Part shown: in pieces, positions 37,760 to 52,119 of the stretch
Position numbering within the stretch: the first letter of the stretch is position 1
Layout of the letters: each line of letters begins with the position of its first letter
Assembly (NCBI RefSeq): GCF_963921235.1
Contig: NC_086118.1
Span: forward strand, 29,576,001 to 29,640,000
Source of the DNA: Mobula hypostoma
Lineage: Eukaryota
Length of the DNA stretch: 64,000 bases
Direction of reading: 5' to 3'
Position numbers and translations under genes: made by a program
The notes under the pieces: generated by a model
The model's input: the letters and a program-made list of their open reading frames with translations, nothing else
Databases searched by the model: none
Told to the model about the DNA's origin: nothing

Positions 37760-39420
37760 TATGAGACTCTCCATGCAGGTGTATCTAAGATGTCTTCCTT
37801 CTTCCGGAACTCTGGCCTCCTTTCTACCATTGTTAATAAAGCCCTAGGTCATAGCTTATTTCCTGTGCCTCACCACCTCTCCTCCAGAACAGAACACGTG
37901 TAGAATTCCTCTGATCCTCAGCTTCCACCCCAACCAATCTCCACAGACAATTAATCATTCAATGCAATTTCTACCACATTTAAAGAGATTCCATTACCCA
38001 ACACAACTTCTCTCTTCTCCTTTCAGTATTTTGCAGGGACCATTCCCTTCATGACTCTGGTCTACTCTTCTGCTCCCGCAAACCACCCTTTCAGTGTTTT
38101 CCCATGCAACCACACGCAATGCAACTCTTGGTTCTTTCACCTCTTCCTTTCCCACCATCCAGGAAGCTGAATAATATTTCCAAATGAAGCAATGATTCAC
38201 CTATACTTCTTCCTATTATCCAGTGATCATATTGTACTTACCTCGGCATTGGAGAAAGCAAATGCAGATTGTTGTCTACTTGTGAACCACCATCATTTAG
38301 TATACCTGAGCAACTCTGAGTTGCCTGGTGGTTTCCACTTTAATTCTTAAACTCACTCCCAATCTGTTCTGTTGCCTTGTGATTGGTACAACGAAACCAA
38401 TGCGAGTCTGAGTAACAGCATCTCATCTTCCATCAGAGCATATTGCTACCTTCTAGACCCAATTCTGAATTCAGTACCGATTTCTCTATTAGATATCCAT
38501 CCACCCTCATTCTCCCAGCAGCTTCTTTTGTCTCCTTTCCAGCTCTTACAAATGCCTTTAATTTAAAACATTAACTTTGCTTCTTTCCTCAGATATGTAT
38601 TTCCAGCATTTTCTCTTTTCATTTTTATGTTTCACATTGATGATCCTCAGAAACAGTTAGAAAATTAGAAATCAGAAGTTATTTTTAATTTGTGGAATGA
38701 GGAGGCAAAGGGTCGCAGAGAACAAAAGGAATGGCTGAGGTCAGATGGAGGCCAAGAGACTGAATGGAAAGTCGTGCTATTGCTGGCTGAGTGAGGGTAC
38801 TAAAAGTTTATTGACTGCAAATGATCTGCCTAGTGGAGGTGCAAAGAGAAAGATCAATGAAAACAGAGAGAAAGAGTGTGGACAACTGTGAGATAGCAAA
38901 CCTGGAGAACAAAACTACTATGGATGATGGAAATCTGAAATAAAAACTGAATGTTGGAAATACTTGGCAGGTCAGGCAGTAACAATACAGAGATGTTAAC
39001 AGTTCTACTGTCCTCCGCTTCAAATTGACAACCTGACAAATCGACAATTGGTTAGAACTAGCCAATTTAACATAAAACGTAAAAGCTTGTCCCCTGAAAT
39101 CATTTAATTCAGTACCAGGTTCGCACTGCTGAAACGTGCCAAGTTAGAAGTTGAGTTGCTGATCATTTCAGTTGACAAAGGAATTACTTGGTTCAATATA
39201 GATCAAAGACAAGACCAGAGGTCAGAGCTGGGAGTGTAGTGGAAAATTAAAATGACAAATTTGTAAGCTCAAGCTGCCTGAACTGAATGGAAGTGTTCTG
39301 CAATGTTATCATCCAAACTACATTTTATTTCTCCAATATAGAGAAGAACATACTGAAGAGTAATGAATACAGCACATTGAATTGTCGAAGATATGAGTAA
39401 ATTGCTGCTTCTTCTAAATC
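37760..39420. mobile_element. Two old Penelope-like 3' remnants in opposite orientation (~37760-38620 +; ~38640-39420 -)
   Basis: Degenerate GIY-YIG-region-like sequence and Penelope-type tails (TTCCAGCATTTT; AATACTTGGCAGGTCAGGCAG). Confidence 0.5.
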
Positions 39421-39605
39421 AAGTTCAAGGGCCTATATTCTATAAATGAAATATAACCGACAACACAAGCTGTCCTGTAGAATAAATAATACTGTTACTT
39501 ATACTAGTTGAAGTTATCTATTCCAAAACTAATTAAGCACTGCACCACACTTATGATAATCAGGACCTTCAGAAGACAGTATAAGATAAAGAAATATTTG
39601 AAATA

Positions 39606-42600
39606 CAGTGGATTCCAGTTAATTGTGACACATAAGTTCCAGTATATTTTGGCCCAATTAAGTGGCTGCCCAATTTGGGAAAGTTTCATGAAAACAGTTA
39701 AAAAGATATAAAAAAAAGATATAAAAAAAAGACAAGCTACCATTTCACTGAATAACAAATTTTGTATGTAAATGAGTTTCAGAACAAACACGACCAATAC
39801 TATTGTCGTACCATAAAACTGTGTATTAGTTCCTAATAGTTAATGACGTAGGAATCATCCAGTGTATGCTGTCCTGTTCTTTTAATTGACTGTAAATGAA
39901 CAAAATCAGTACAGACATCTAATGCAGTTAAGGGAATGCCATCATATAATGTTTTCTATGATTCTATCCTCCAAAACTTCTTTATCATTTTAACATTAAA
40001 GATCATTGTGGATACCTTCAAATTTTTCATAGTTCCTAACCTGAAATAGTGAAATCTTTACAATTTCATTCCTGGTAATTACTGCCAAGTCCAAGTCTGA
40101 ATGCTTGAAACCACAGTGAGCACAACAGTTCTGAATCGACTTACTGCTTATTTCTCGCTAACTACAACTGCTTTTTGAATACAAACACACGTAATTGACA
40201 TTATTTGGAGTCTGAACTGCAGCCAATCAATGAAGGGAAGAGTGAGAAAAAGAGACAACTTCACCCAGGTCCACGACTGAAGACTAAAAAAGCAGTGATT
40301 AGTGGCTGTTTTTGGAGTTTGAACAATGGCCAATCAGTGAATGGGATTCATGAGCAAGGGTGAATAAAAATAAGAAAGGAACAAGCAGAGCGACTAGTGG
40401 GGAGGTTTTAGCATTGGCTCATCAGGCTTAGAGGAGATCAGGCTTGTGCGAGTTAAGTATCTGGCATGTTTCTTCTTATTCTTTACTCCTTGTCTGTAAG
40501 GGCATAGTTAGAGCAGTGAGAATGACTCCGGGAGCAGTGTTATGTTCTTTGTGTAAGATATGGGAGTTTTGAGAGACCTACAGCCTCCTAGATAACCACA
40601 TCTGTACCAGGTGCAACAAACTGCAGACCCTCAGAGAACATGTGTAGGAACTGGAACTGCAGCTTGATGGTATTTGGATCATACAGGAGACTGAGGAAGT
40701 GTAAGATAGGAAGATGCACACCTCCAGGTTACATGAGATAGGTAACTGGGTGATTCGGATACTGTTTTGGATACTGCTCAGAGGGAACAACCTACCGGGG
40801 CAAGTTGGGTCTCTGGCACTGTGGCTCAGCGGTGAAGAGGACTGCAGTACAGATAGGAGATTCCATAGTTACAGGAATAGAGACAACATTCTGCGGATGT
40901 GATGGATACACTGGGATGATATGGTGCCTCCCAGGTGTCAGGGTTATCTCGGATTGGGTCCACGGCATTCTAAAGGGGGAAAGTGAGCAGCCAGAAGTCT
41001 TGGCACATATTGACACCAATGACACTGGTAGGAAAGTCGAGGAGATCCTGAATAGAGATCTTAGTGAGCTAGGTAAAAGGCTGAAAAGCAGGATTGCCAG
41101 GGTAGTAATCTCTGGATTGCTGCCTGTGCTACGTACCAGTGAGGGTCAGGATAGGAACTTTTGGGAGATAAATGCAAGGGGACACTAACAGGGTTGATGG
41201 CAGAGCAGCAATGGCTGGAATTTCTGGGAGCAATTTGGAAGGCAGAGGATAGATAAATCCTAAAGAAGAATATCACAAACTAAAGGAGGATGACACAACT
41301 ATGGCTGACAAGGGGAGTCAATGCCAACATAAAGGCCAAAGAGAGGGCATATAATAGAGCAAAAATTGGTAGAAGGTTAGAGGATTGGGAAGCCTTTTAA
41401 AACCAACTAAGAAAGTCATAGAGGGAAAAGATGGAATACGAAGGTAAGCTAGCCAATAATATTAAAGAGGATACCAGAATTCCTTCAGATATATAAAGTG
41501 TACAAGAGAGATGAGACCACTGGAAAATTATGCTGGAGGTAGTAACGGATTGGGGGAGGGGGGGGCAGAACAAGGAAATGGCAGACAAACTGAATAAGTA
41601 TTTTGCATCATTCTTCACTGTGGAAGACACTAGCAGTATGCCAGTAGTTCAAGAATGTCAGGAGGCAGAAGGGGGTGAAGTTGCCATTATTAGGGAGAAG
41701 ATACTTGAGAAACTGAACGATGTGAAGGTAGGTAAATTAGCTGGACCAGGTGGATTACACCCAACGGTTCTGAAACAGGTGGCTGAAGAGATAGTGGAGG
41801 CATTAGTAATAATCTTCCAAAAAAAAAATCAGGATTCTGGCATGGCTCCAGAGGACTGGAAAATTACAAACATCACTATTCTAGAAGGGAGAAAGGCAGA
41901 AAAAAGGAAATTATAGGCCAGTTAGTCTGACCTCAGTGATTGGGAAGATGTTGGAGTTGATTGTGAAGGATATGGTTTCAGGGTACTTGTCAGTAAGGAC
42001 TCTTTATGGGAAAATCCTGCCCAACTCATTCATAGATATTCTTTGAAGCAGGATAGATAAAGGAGAATCAGTGGATGTTGTGCACTAGGATTTTCAGAAG
42101 GCCTTTAAAAGGTGCCAATTAAGAGCAAATAGTATTATAAAGATACCTGCATGGATCAAGAACTGGCTAATTGGAATGAGGTAAAAAGTGGGAATAAAGG
42201 GAGCCCTTTCTGGGTGACCTCCAGAGACTAGTGGTGTTCCACAGGGACCTGTGTTGGAACCAGTTCTTTTTATGTTATATGTCAATGATTTGGATGGTAA
42301 AATTGATGGCTTTGTGGCCAAATCTGCAGGTGACATGAAGATAGGTAGAAGGCCAGGTACTGTTTAGGAAGCAAGGAGGTTGCGGAAGGACTTGGGACAA
42401 ATTAAGAAAATGGGCAAAGCAGCAGCAGATGGAATACAATGTTGGGAAGTGTATGGCCATGCAAGTTGACAAAAGGAAGAAAGGTCTGGACTATTTTCTA
42501 AATGGGGAAATTATTCAAAAATCTGAGCTGCAGTATTCCCTAAAGGTTAAATGCAGGTTGAGTCGGTGGTGAGGAAGGCAAATGCAATCTTAGCATTCAT

Positions 42601-43485
42601 TTCAAAAGAACTAGAATATAAAAGCAAGGATGTAATGTTGAGCCTTTATAAGGCATGGGTAATGACGCACTCTGAGTACTGTGAGCAGCTTTGGGGCCCT
42701 TATCTAAGAAACAATGTGCTGACATTGGAGAGGGTTCAGAGGAGATTCACAAGAATGATTCTGGGAATGAAAGGGTTACCATATGGGGAACGTTTGATGG
42801 TTCCGGGCCTGTACTCAATGGAGTTTAGAAGAATGGAAGGGGGGGGGAATCTCAATGAAATCTATTGAATATTAAAAGGCCAAGGTAGAGTGGACCTGGA
42901 GACGATGTATCCCATTCATGAGTGAATCTAGGACCAGAGAGCACAGCCTCAGAAAAGAAGGACGACCACTTAGAATAGAGATAAGGAGTAATTTACTCAG
43001 CTAAGAGGTAGTGAAACTGTGAAATTCATTGCCACAGGTGGCTGTGGAGACCAAGTCATAAGGTATATTTACGGCAGAGGCTGATAGGTTCTTGATTAGT
43101 TAGGGCATGAGGGGTTATGGGAAGAGGTCAGGAGATTAGAACATAGAATACAGAAATCTACAGCACATTACAGGCCCTTCAGCCCACAATGTTGTACCAA
43201 GCATTTGGGCTGAGGTGGAAATGGATCAGCCATGATGAAATCAGGGAGCAGACTCAATGGGCCAAATGGCCTAACCTGCTCCTGTATCTTAGGTCTTATT
43301 ATCTATTTAAAAACTGGTCACCCCAAGCATGGTGTAATGCCTAACAGCAACTAATGCTTATTAGAAACTTTTTGGCAACAGTCTCCTGTCCCAATTTAGT
43401 AGACTCCTGCCTATTTTCTCAATCAGTTTTTGTTCTTTAAGAGTTGTGCCAATAAGCACCTGCCCCAGTTAATCGGAATCCATTG
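39606..43485. mobile_element. Tigger/pogo-like non-autonomous DNA transposon split by a nested CR1
   Basis: TA|CAGTGGATTCCAGTTAATTG at 39606 and CAGTTAATCGGAATCCATTG|TA at 43485 form inverted termini with TA TSD. Confidence 0.75.
40210..43300 (+). mobile_element. CR1 LINE with 5' UTR, ORF1 (zinc finger plus SGNH/GDSL esterase) and internally deleted ORF2
   Basis: CCAAT boxes near 40223 and 40330; ORF1 remnants C-x2-C...HICTRC and IGDSIV...CLPG...VVISGLLPV; ORF2 remnants LNKYFASFFTVED, VESVVRKANAILAFI; CR1 3' tail. Confidence 0.9.
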
Positions 43486-43644
43486 TACATGACATAATTC
43501 TGCTGTTGTCTTCACCAAAGTAATTTAAAAACATTTCATCAATGACTGCTTGTTTTCCTGCACATGTGCCTTTACATTCCATTCCAATCGCCTATATTAG
43601 ACAAATGTCTTCACATATATTAAAACTTCATTTTAGGCATGTTA

Positions 43645-43818
<174 letters not shown>

Positions 43819-43905
43819 CTATAGGCAAAAGAGGATATAAAATGAGAATATGCAGTGCAAACATTTCAATACAGACAATGTAAAATTGGTTTCTCAAATA
43901 ATTTA

Positions 43906-44118
<213 letters not shown>

Positions 44119-44181
44119 TTATGATATTCTAATGTTAATAATTTCCTGTTTGTGTGGTGCTAAGTTGAAACTTACTATTAC

Positions 44182-44252
44182 CTGATAGGCCTTCCAAACA
44201 CATTGGTGTTTTCTTCACATCGTCTTAATCCTTCTTCATTAATAGACAGAAC
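44182..44252 (-). CDS. SEC14L1: SEC14L1 coding exon (CRAL-TRIO)
   Basis: 71 bp; cag|GTT CTG ... ATC AG|gtaat; VLSINEEGLRRCEENTNVFGRPI. Confidence 0.95.
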
Positions 44253-44449
44253 CTGATTTGGAACAAGAATACCATAGAGCCAAAATTATTATTGCAGTCC
44301 AAAAAAAAGAAGAAACTTTCTGTATTTTTCTTTTGAACTGAAAGCTAATTTCACATTTCACACAGCAATAAATAAGCTCAGCAGGTCAACAGCAACTGGG
44401 GAGGCAAAGTAATGGTTGAGATTTCAGATCAAAGCTGCTCAGGAACTTC

Positions 44450-45208
44450 GGAGGACGATGGAGCCTAACGGCGACTCCTTTGTTTGCATGTTCGGAAATA
44501 GCTCTATTTCTATCTCCATTTTTCCCTTTCAGGTTCTTTTGAAGACCTTGACCTGGAATTAAATGCTGACTTCGGTTCTTTGCAGGAACGGGACCCACTC
44601 TCGGCGTCTCACGACTGGCCGCTATTTGATATACCAAGGACAGACCTTCAGCATTCTCGGATTTCATGGCTCTGGAAGTGGGCAGACTCGAGGCCGGTGG
44701 CTCCGCAGGAAACTGGTGTTTCGTGGGAGCACATGGAAGATTGAAAGCAGCAAGCTGGCTGCTGGCTGCGTACCCAGAGACCCAAGTTCTTTGGGCAGAG
44801 CATTATAAATCAGCGAGTTGTTTGTTATGTTTTCCCCTCTTGCTGTGAAATGGAGATACCTCTTTTTCCTTTATCAGGGAGAAAGAGAGCCTGTGGCATG
44901 TTGAATTACCAGGTGAACGAGTAGTCTTTGAGGTACTGCAAGTCTGTGTCTTAATTGATGCTTTGATGCACATTTGAGTGCTTGGTGGGGGAGGGGGGCA
45001 CCAATGCTTTTTTTGCTGGTGGGGGAGGGGGATCATTGCTTTGCTGCTGCTTATACGTGGGGGGGGAGCTGGGGGGGGGCTAACATTTAACTGTCATTTA
45101 TTCTTTGGGGCACTCCTCTATCTTCATGGATGGTTGCAAAGAAAAAGAATTTCAGGATGTGTATTATATACATTTTCTGACATTAAATGTACCTTTGAAA
45201 CCTTTGAA
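44450..45208 (+). mobile_element. Non-autonomous retroelement, same family as 7635-8420
   Basis: Collinear similarity; ends CATTAAATGTACCTTTGAAACCTTTGAA. Confidence 0.7.
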
Positions 45209-45309
45209 GTGCCCAGACCTCCTGACCAGTTCTTACAAATAAATGTAACTCTCTTTGGTGCCACTTAAACCCTTCAGATTAATCCAACAGCTTAAGTCAT
45301 GGATATAGG

Positions 45310-45529
45310 AAGGGAGGGGAGGAAACGTCAACTCAGACCATGAGAGGCCTGCATCGGGTATTTTCATGCCTTACAAGGCGCAGATTGGAAGTCTGTGTGG
45401 GGCGCCACTCCTCGCACAGACTACAGCAGTGTGTGATTAAGGGCACAAACATGCTGCCACAGCTGAGGCTCAAACTAGCGACCTTGAGATCACTAGATAA
45501 ACGCCTTAACCACTTGGACAAGCGCCCAA
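45310..45529 (-). mobile_element. tRNA-headed SINE with 12-bp TSD
   Basis: TSD CATGGATATAGG (45298-45309 and 45530-45541); head TGTCCAAGTGGTTAAGGCG...AGTTTGAGCC. Confidence 0.8.
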
Positions 45530-46769
45530 CATGGATATAGGTGTTTTATAACTCCATCTACCCATCCTGGTATTGTACCCCTCCATCCTTTTGTTTAAGG
45601 AAAATCAGTCTTAACTGCCTCAACTTAATTGCCTGGGTGGATCAAGTGTGGTGACTGGTTGAAAACCTTTCCAGTGTTTCATCAGTTTCATTGAAGTAAT
45701 CCTTACAATCAGCTGATTTTAAGGTTATGCACCCTTATTCTGAGATATCCTACCAGAAATTGTTTTTCTAGCTACCCTATTAATTCCTTCAACTGTTTGA
45801 CCTCCTCAAATAACACTGTTTCATCATTATTACTACAGCAAAATCTCTACATTGTATCATTGTTTTCTAAACACTTTTGACTAATATTACAGATTTAAAA
45901 GAGATATAATCTTAGAAATCTGCATGAAGGCAAAGTTATATGCACATTTAATGTTTATAGTTTTTTTTATTTTTATATGCTGTATGTTTATTTTTTTTCT
46001 TTAATTTTGGTTTAGGGTTACTGAAGTCAATAAGCTCTTAGTCACTCAAAGAATTCAAATAAAACAGGCAATTTTGTTAGAAATCAAATGCCACAAAGAG
46101 AATCAGATCCAGAAGAATGAACTTCAAAAAAAGCAGCAGATGCTGGAAATCTAAAATTTAACAAGCAAATTGGTAGAAATACTCAGCAAGTCAGATCACA
46201 TCTGTAGGGAGCCGAAAAGAATTAATGTTTCAGGTCAAAACTCCTTTGTTCCGATCATCAGCTTTATAGGCTGGTGCAAAGAGTGTAACATCACTCAACT
46301 GAGTGGAGTCTCCACTTTGAACAAAGTGACAATTAAATTTGGATGATTTATTTTAATCTTAATGTTGCCTAAATTTAAAAAAAAACCTTAAAAGACTTAT
46401 ATATTCGCCAATAGTTATTTAAACTCATTAGATAAATTTAATTTTAAATGGTATCACTGAGTTATGAGGGCAAGATACACCACCTGCAATTTCCTGGTAC
46501 AAATAGTCAATTCTGCCAGCCACTGGATCAGTATTATCTAAGCTGGGCAGGTACCTTTGTTCACCAGTTAGATTCAAGATGACCTGGCACAATTACACAC
46601 ACTATTTATTGAAAAAAGCTCTCCTTTTAGTTTAAACCCTTTTGGGCCAAAATCTGAATTTATTGCCATTGTTTAAAAATTAAATGAATGGGCTTCAAAA
46701 AAAGCTGTGGAGTTCACCATGCAATTTTAATTAATTGTAATGCTCATTTTAATGTAGTACTTAACATAA

Positions 46770-47375
46770 TTGGCGAATAAGGTAAATGCAATGTTAACAT
46801 TCGTTTCAACAAGACTAGAATATAAAAGCAAGGATGTAATATTGAGGCTTTACAAGGCACTGATGAGGCCTCACTTGGAGTATTGAGAGTAGTTTTGGGC
46901 CCCTTATCTAAGAAAGGATGTGCTGTCATTGGAGAGAGTTCAAAGGAAGTTCATGAAAATGATTCCGGAATCAAAAGGTTTATCATATGAAAAGCGTTTG
47001 ATGGTTCTGGGCCTGTACTCACTGGGAGATGTTGAAACCTATCGAATACTGAAAGGCCTCAATAGAGTGTATGTGGAGAGGATGTTTCCTACGGTGATGG
47101 ACACAGCCTCAGAATAGAGGGATGTTCATTCAGAACAGAGATAAGGAGGAATTTCATTAGCCAGAGTGGTGAATCTGTGGAATCTGTTGCCACAGGCAGC
47201 TGTGGAGGCCAAGTCACTGGTTATATTTAAGGCAAAGGTTGATACATTCTTCATTAGACAGGGCATGAAGAAATATGGGGAGAAGGCAGAAGTTTGGGGG
47301 TCATGATGAAATAGTGGAGTAGACTCCAATGGGTCAAATAGCCTAATTCTGCTCCTGTACCTTATAGTCTTATAA
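46770..47375 (+). mobile_element. CR1 3' fragment
   Basis: LERVQRKFMKMIP...LGLYSL; CR1 tail. Confidence 0.85.
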
Positions 47376-47887
47376 AAAGAAAGCATGCTAATCAAACCAA
47401 AATGTTTACAACTGCTCAATGAACAATTCATTACTGAATCAAATTACTTCAAATGTCCATCATAAAATTGCTACTAACAATTAATCATGCATTAGTTCTT
47501 ATTAGAAAGATGATAAAATTCTTAAGTAATAGAATTTGTTGGGCTAAACAGGATAGTGTTTCAGCATACAATTTTTCCTTCCTGTACCAGAGCCCAAATT
47601 CAGCGCAGACTAAAATGACATCCCCACCCCCCACTCTCTCCCATGCATAAGCTTTAACAAGTTTCAATTCTAGTCATAATGGCCACATATCATTAAAATT
47701 AAGATTCCACATACAGCACCACTTGAAGAAACCACTTAATATATAAAAGCCGTGTGCTAAAGTACTGTGGCATGGGATGTATTAATTCTTAATAATAAGT
47801 GCCTCATAATATTTTTGCTGACAATGCTCAACTACACTAATTCAGTATTCATAATGCTAGAGATAATGAAATTAGATTTAATGATTA

Positions 47888-47992
<105 letters not shown>

Positions 47993-49066
47993 TTAAAAAC
48001 AAATTGTATGATTATATTACTTGCTCTAGTTACTAATAGCAAAATTTAAATGGAACGATTTTAAAAGATTTCAAGCCGCTGAAAAGTTAGGTAATAGATT
48101 TCAGATCCTCCCTCCTTCAATATGAAAAACTAAGACAAAAACATGCCAATGAATTAGATAGTAAAAGCTCTTTAAGGTTTAGCTTCTTATTTCAGAGCAG
48201 CTAATTGAAACATTTAGCAATTATAGTCAGTAATAAATTTGACAATATGCTTCCTATCAACGGTTGCTTTCACAAATCTAGCCTTGGCACATCAGTTTAA
48301 TGAATCAACAACTTACACAATATAAGAATGATCAAATTGGGCTTCATATTTAACTGTACTGGAAGCAGTTTAGACCAAGATTCTCAGTATGGATTGTCTT
48401 ATGAGGAAAACCTGAGCAAGCTGGAACTAAATGCACCGGGGTTTAGACAAGCGTCAGGTGATCTTATTGAAATACAAGATACTAAGGGACTTGACTGGGT
48501 AAATGCTCACTGGGAAATCCAGTACCATCGGGCACAATCCCAAATAAGGACAGAGTTAAACAGTAATTTCTTCTCACTCGTGACTCTTTGGAATTCTCCC
48601 ACCCAAAGAATTGCAGGGGATGAGTCATTGAAAATATTCCAGGTTAAGACAGAATTTCTCAATATAGACAATAATCAAAATGCACCTAAATGTACAAAAC
48701 AGAAGTGACAGGCAATGCAGTACCACCTTAGATAAATCATCATGAAAATGTTTATTAATTCTTATCATTTGCAGTTCAATTTCTATCTTTTTTTTTTAAG
48801 ATAAGGGATCTCAACATTATTAATGCAAAAAGTGAAATTAGACCAAACTCAGTAGTACAACTTCCCCTCTCCCATCTAAATATTCCAAAACAAGAAACAC
48901 ACAATTACCAAAATAAAACTCACTTTAGACTTATAATAGAAAGAAAATTTGAGCCATGATTTTATGCTCTGCTACTGATCTTATGGTTCTGTCCATAACG
49001 TACTGTAGTAACTTAAAAGAAACATTTCTTTCATAAAACTATAAACCAAGAGGACCACAATCTTGT

Positions 49067-49224
49067 AACATTCACAACACGCTGGAGGAACTCAGCAGGT
49101 CGGGCAGCATCCGTGGAAAAGAAACGTCAACCGATCTTTTCCACGGATGCTGCCCGACCTGCTGAGTTCCTCCAGCGTGTTGTGAGTGTTGCTTTGACCC
49201 CAGCATCTGCAGATTATTTTGTGT
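49067..49224. repeat. Inverted-duplicated Penelope-type insertion forming a 56-bp hairpin
   Basis: Arms 49067-49122 and 49135-49190 (1 mismatch), 12-nt loop; TSD CCACAATCTTGT at 49055-49066 and 49225-49236. Confidence 0.9.
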
Positions 49225-49598
49225 CCACAATCTTGTTGTAGGGTTTGGAGGCATGCGTGCCCAGAGAACTATGTTGGCTGGAGTCAGAGCTTTATGCTTT
49301 GGCTCTTAGTAGGGTCACCCATGCTAAACAGATCAAAGGGTAGGAGCTAGACCAAGAGTGGTCCATTAGTACTCCAGGTTCGCGGGTTCAGCTCAGGACT
49401 AACAACCCTAAAATAAAACTGTTACGGAAACAGCAATGAAGAACCCTTCTAGATCTGTGTGCGATGGTATGGACAGGCAAAGATGGAGGCCCTTCAGTGT
49501 CGCCCCTAAATGCCAGCGGTGTAAAGGCCAGTAAGAACTTGTGTGTTTATGTACAAAGCCACTGATGTTTTTAAATTATTTGTGTTTAATAGGATTTA

Positions 49599-49892
<294 letters not shown>

Positions 49893-50899
49893 TTAATTTT
49901 CCTTTTAACTGCAAAGAAACTTAAATGTTTCAAAAAAATGTTCAAATGATCAATTGTTTATCCAAGTTACATAGCTTTGCATCCAAATTATACAGTTAGT
50001 TGCAGACTCATGAATATAATACAAATACTGCTTCTTAAAAAAAGGACTGCCAGGAAAGTGTTTTAAAATTGTTTAAATTTTGTGTATGAAAACTGGGAAA
50101 TACAATATGCAATACAATGGCTGCATAGCCATAGAAACAGAAAACAGACAGGGCAAAATATAAACTGAAGCACTTCGACATATTATTGGTGTTCTGGAAG
50201 GGTTAAGAAAGTGTGACTATCAGAAAGTTGTGATTTTTAGAAATATGTACACGTATTTATTGTGTCTACCCCAATGATGTAATAGATTTTTAATTTTACG
50301 ATTAGGAATATTTGAAAAATAAGCAAATTTTTGAGCAGCTTAAATTAGATACAGAATCAAATCTAGCTTAATACGCCTTGAAAGATTTTCAATAGGTTTA
50401 TAACTAAGGATTTGCTGTTCAAAATTTAAGTTACAGAATTAATAATTATATTTAATTTGCAATAAAGTTTCAGGAAACTACAATGTATATAAAGAATTCA
50501 TATTTTGTGCGTTAATTACATTTTATTACACGGTATTATAAAGTCATATCAACAGAAGCAGGTTATAGCAAGGCGCACCATAGATTAAAATAGAAAGCCT
50601 TCTGTTTGCAAATCATGTTCAAATTAGACAATGACAGAAATTAACTAACCAGGTTCATCTCATCTAGTAAACAGAATAAGCCTGCGCACATAGTCATCTC
50701 ATATTTAGTAATGGCCCAGAGTAATAAATTATCATTGAGAATATTTTGTTTAGCTGAAATCAATACTATAATACAAAATTTAGGAACATCAATTTAATTA
50801 AAGAACTGAGAATGAAGCAATTGTTTGCTATTAGGAAGATGACACTGATGGTTTAGGTTCCAGATCAAAATAAACCAATGCAGATCATTCTGACAGTTA

Positions 50900-51130
<231 letters not shown>

Positions 51131-51348
51131 TTAGTATTTCACATCAACATTTTTGAACTAAATGAGCTTAGCAAACATTATTTATTCCAATTACATTGCT
51201 CAAAGTGTTTCTTTTAACATTTAGGATAAACACATTACTGCTTCTCATTCAAGCCTGAACACAATAAGTGTACATGATATAATTTTAGAATGCACAATGA
51301 TAAATATAAACATGTAAAAGAAACTTGCAATTGAATTATAGTGTTTAC

Positions 51349-51592
51349 CATCTGGAGTTCCTGAGAGAGAGTCAGGTGAATTATTGGAACCAGCAATCAA
51401 ATCCTTATTAACATGTTCTTCCTTTCTAACTGCATCACCCCGACTAGGTATGGCTACAGCTGGAGAGGATGTCAGTTTCTGGGCAGGAACTGACTTCTCT
51501 GTGTTAACTTTGACCATTGGTGACCAACGTGGTACATGAGTAATTCCTTCTTCTTCCAGTTGCTTCAGGTAATACTCAATAATTTCTTTCCC
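51349..51592 (-). CDS. SEC14L1: SEC14L1 coding exon (end of PRELI domain plus variable linker)
   Basis: 244 bp; tag|GGG AAA ... GAT G|gtaaa; GKEIIEYYLKQLEEEGITHVPRWSPMVKVN...SLSGTPD. Confidence 0.93.
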
Positions 51593-52119
51593 CTATAAAA
51601 TGTACAAACATAGCACGCTTATTTTCAAAACCCAGAAGATTAAATTGTTATGCATTATTCAATATCAATTTATTAACAAGGAACTTGGTGCGAAAGGTTA
51701 ATAATAAAAGATATGTAAGCATCATCTCCAATTTGTCTGTATTCTTTTGTACCTGACTATAATATACTTTAAATTTCAGTTATCCAGAGGAAAAAATTAA
51801 ATTATTTTAAAAACATGAGCATCTTCAATGGCACGCGGTTCCCCGAGTGTTGAAAATGTTTTGTCATCTTTTATTCTAGACAAATCAATGAACTGAATTA
51901 CTGTCTGAGAGAAAAGCCTTCCACAGTATTATTCATAAACAATGAACAAAATATGTTAATCACTTTTGATTGTTGTGGAAATGAGAATCACTGGGATGGA
52001 AAGTAAATGCCTTATGGTGCAATGGGATTGAGTTTTAGCAGCCTGCAGCAATTTGCATCCCTTGATTGCAATTCAGAAGGTTGCCAGGTGCCTTGAGCAT
52101 ACTGTTGTGGGAATAAGAG

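Noticed and set aside
45440..45529. tRNA gene
   Set aside because: A/B-box-like head belongs to a TSD-flanked SINE; no complete cloverleaf.
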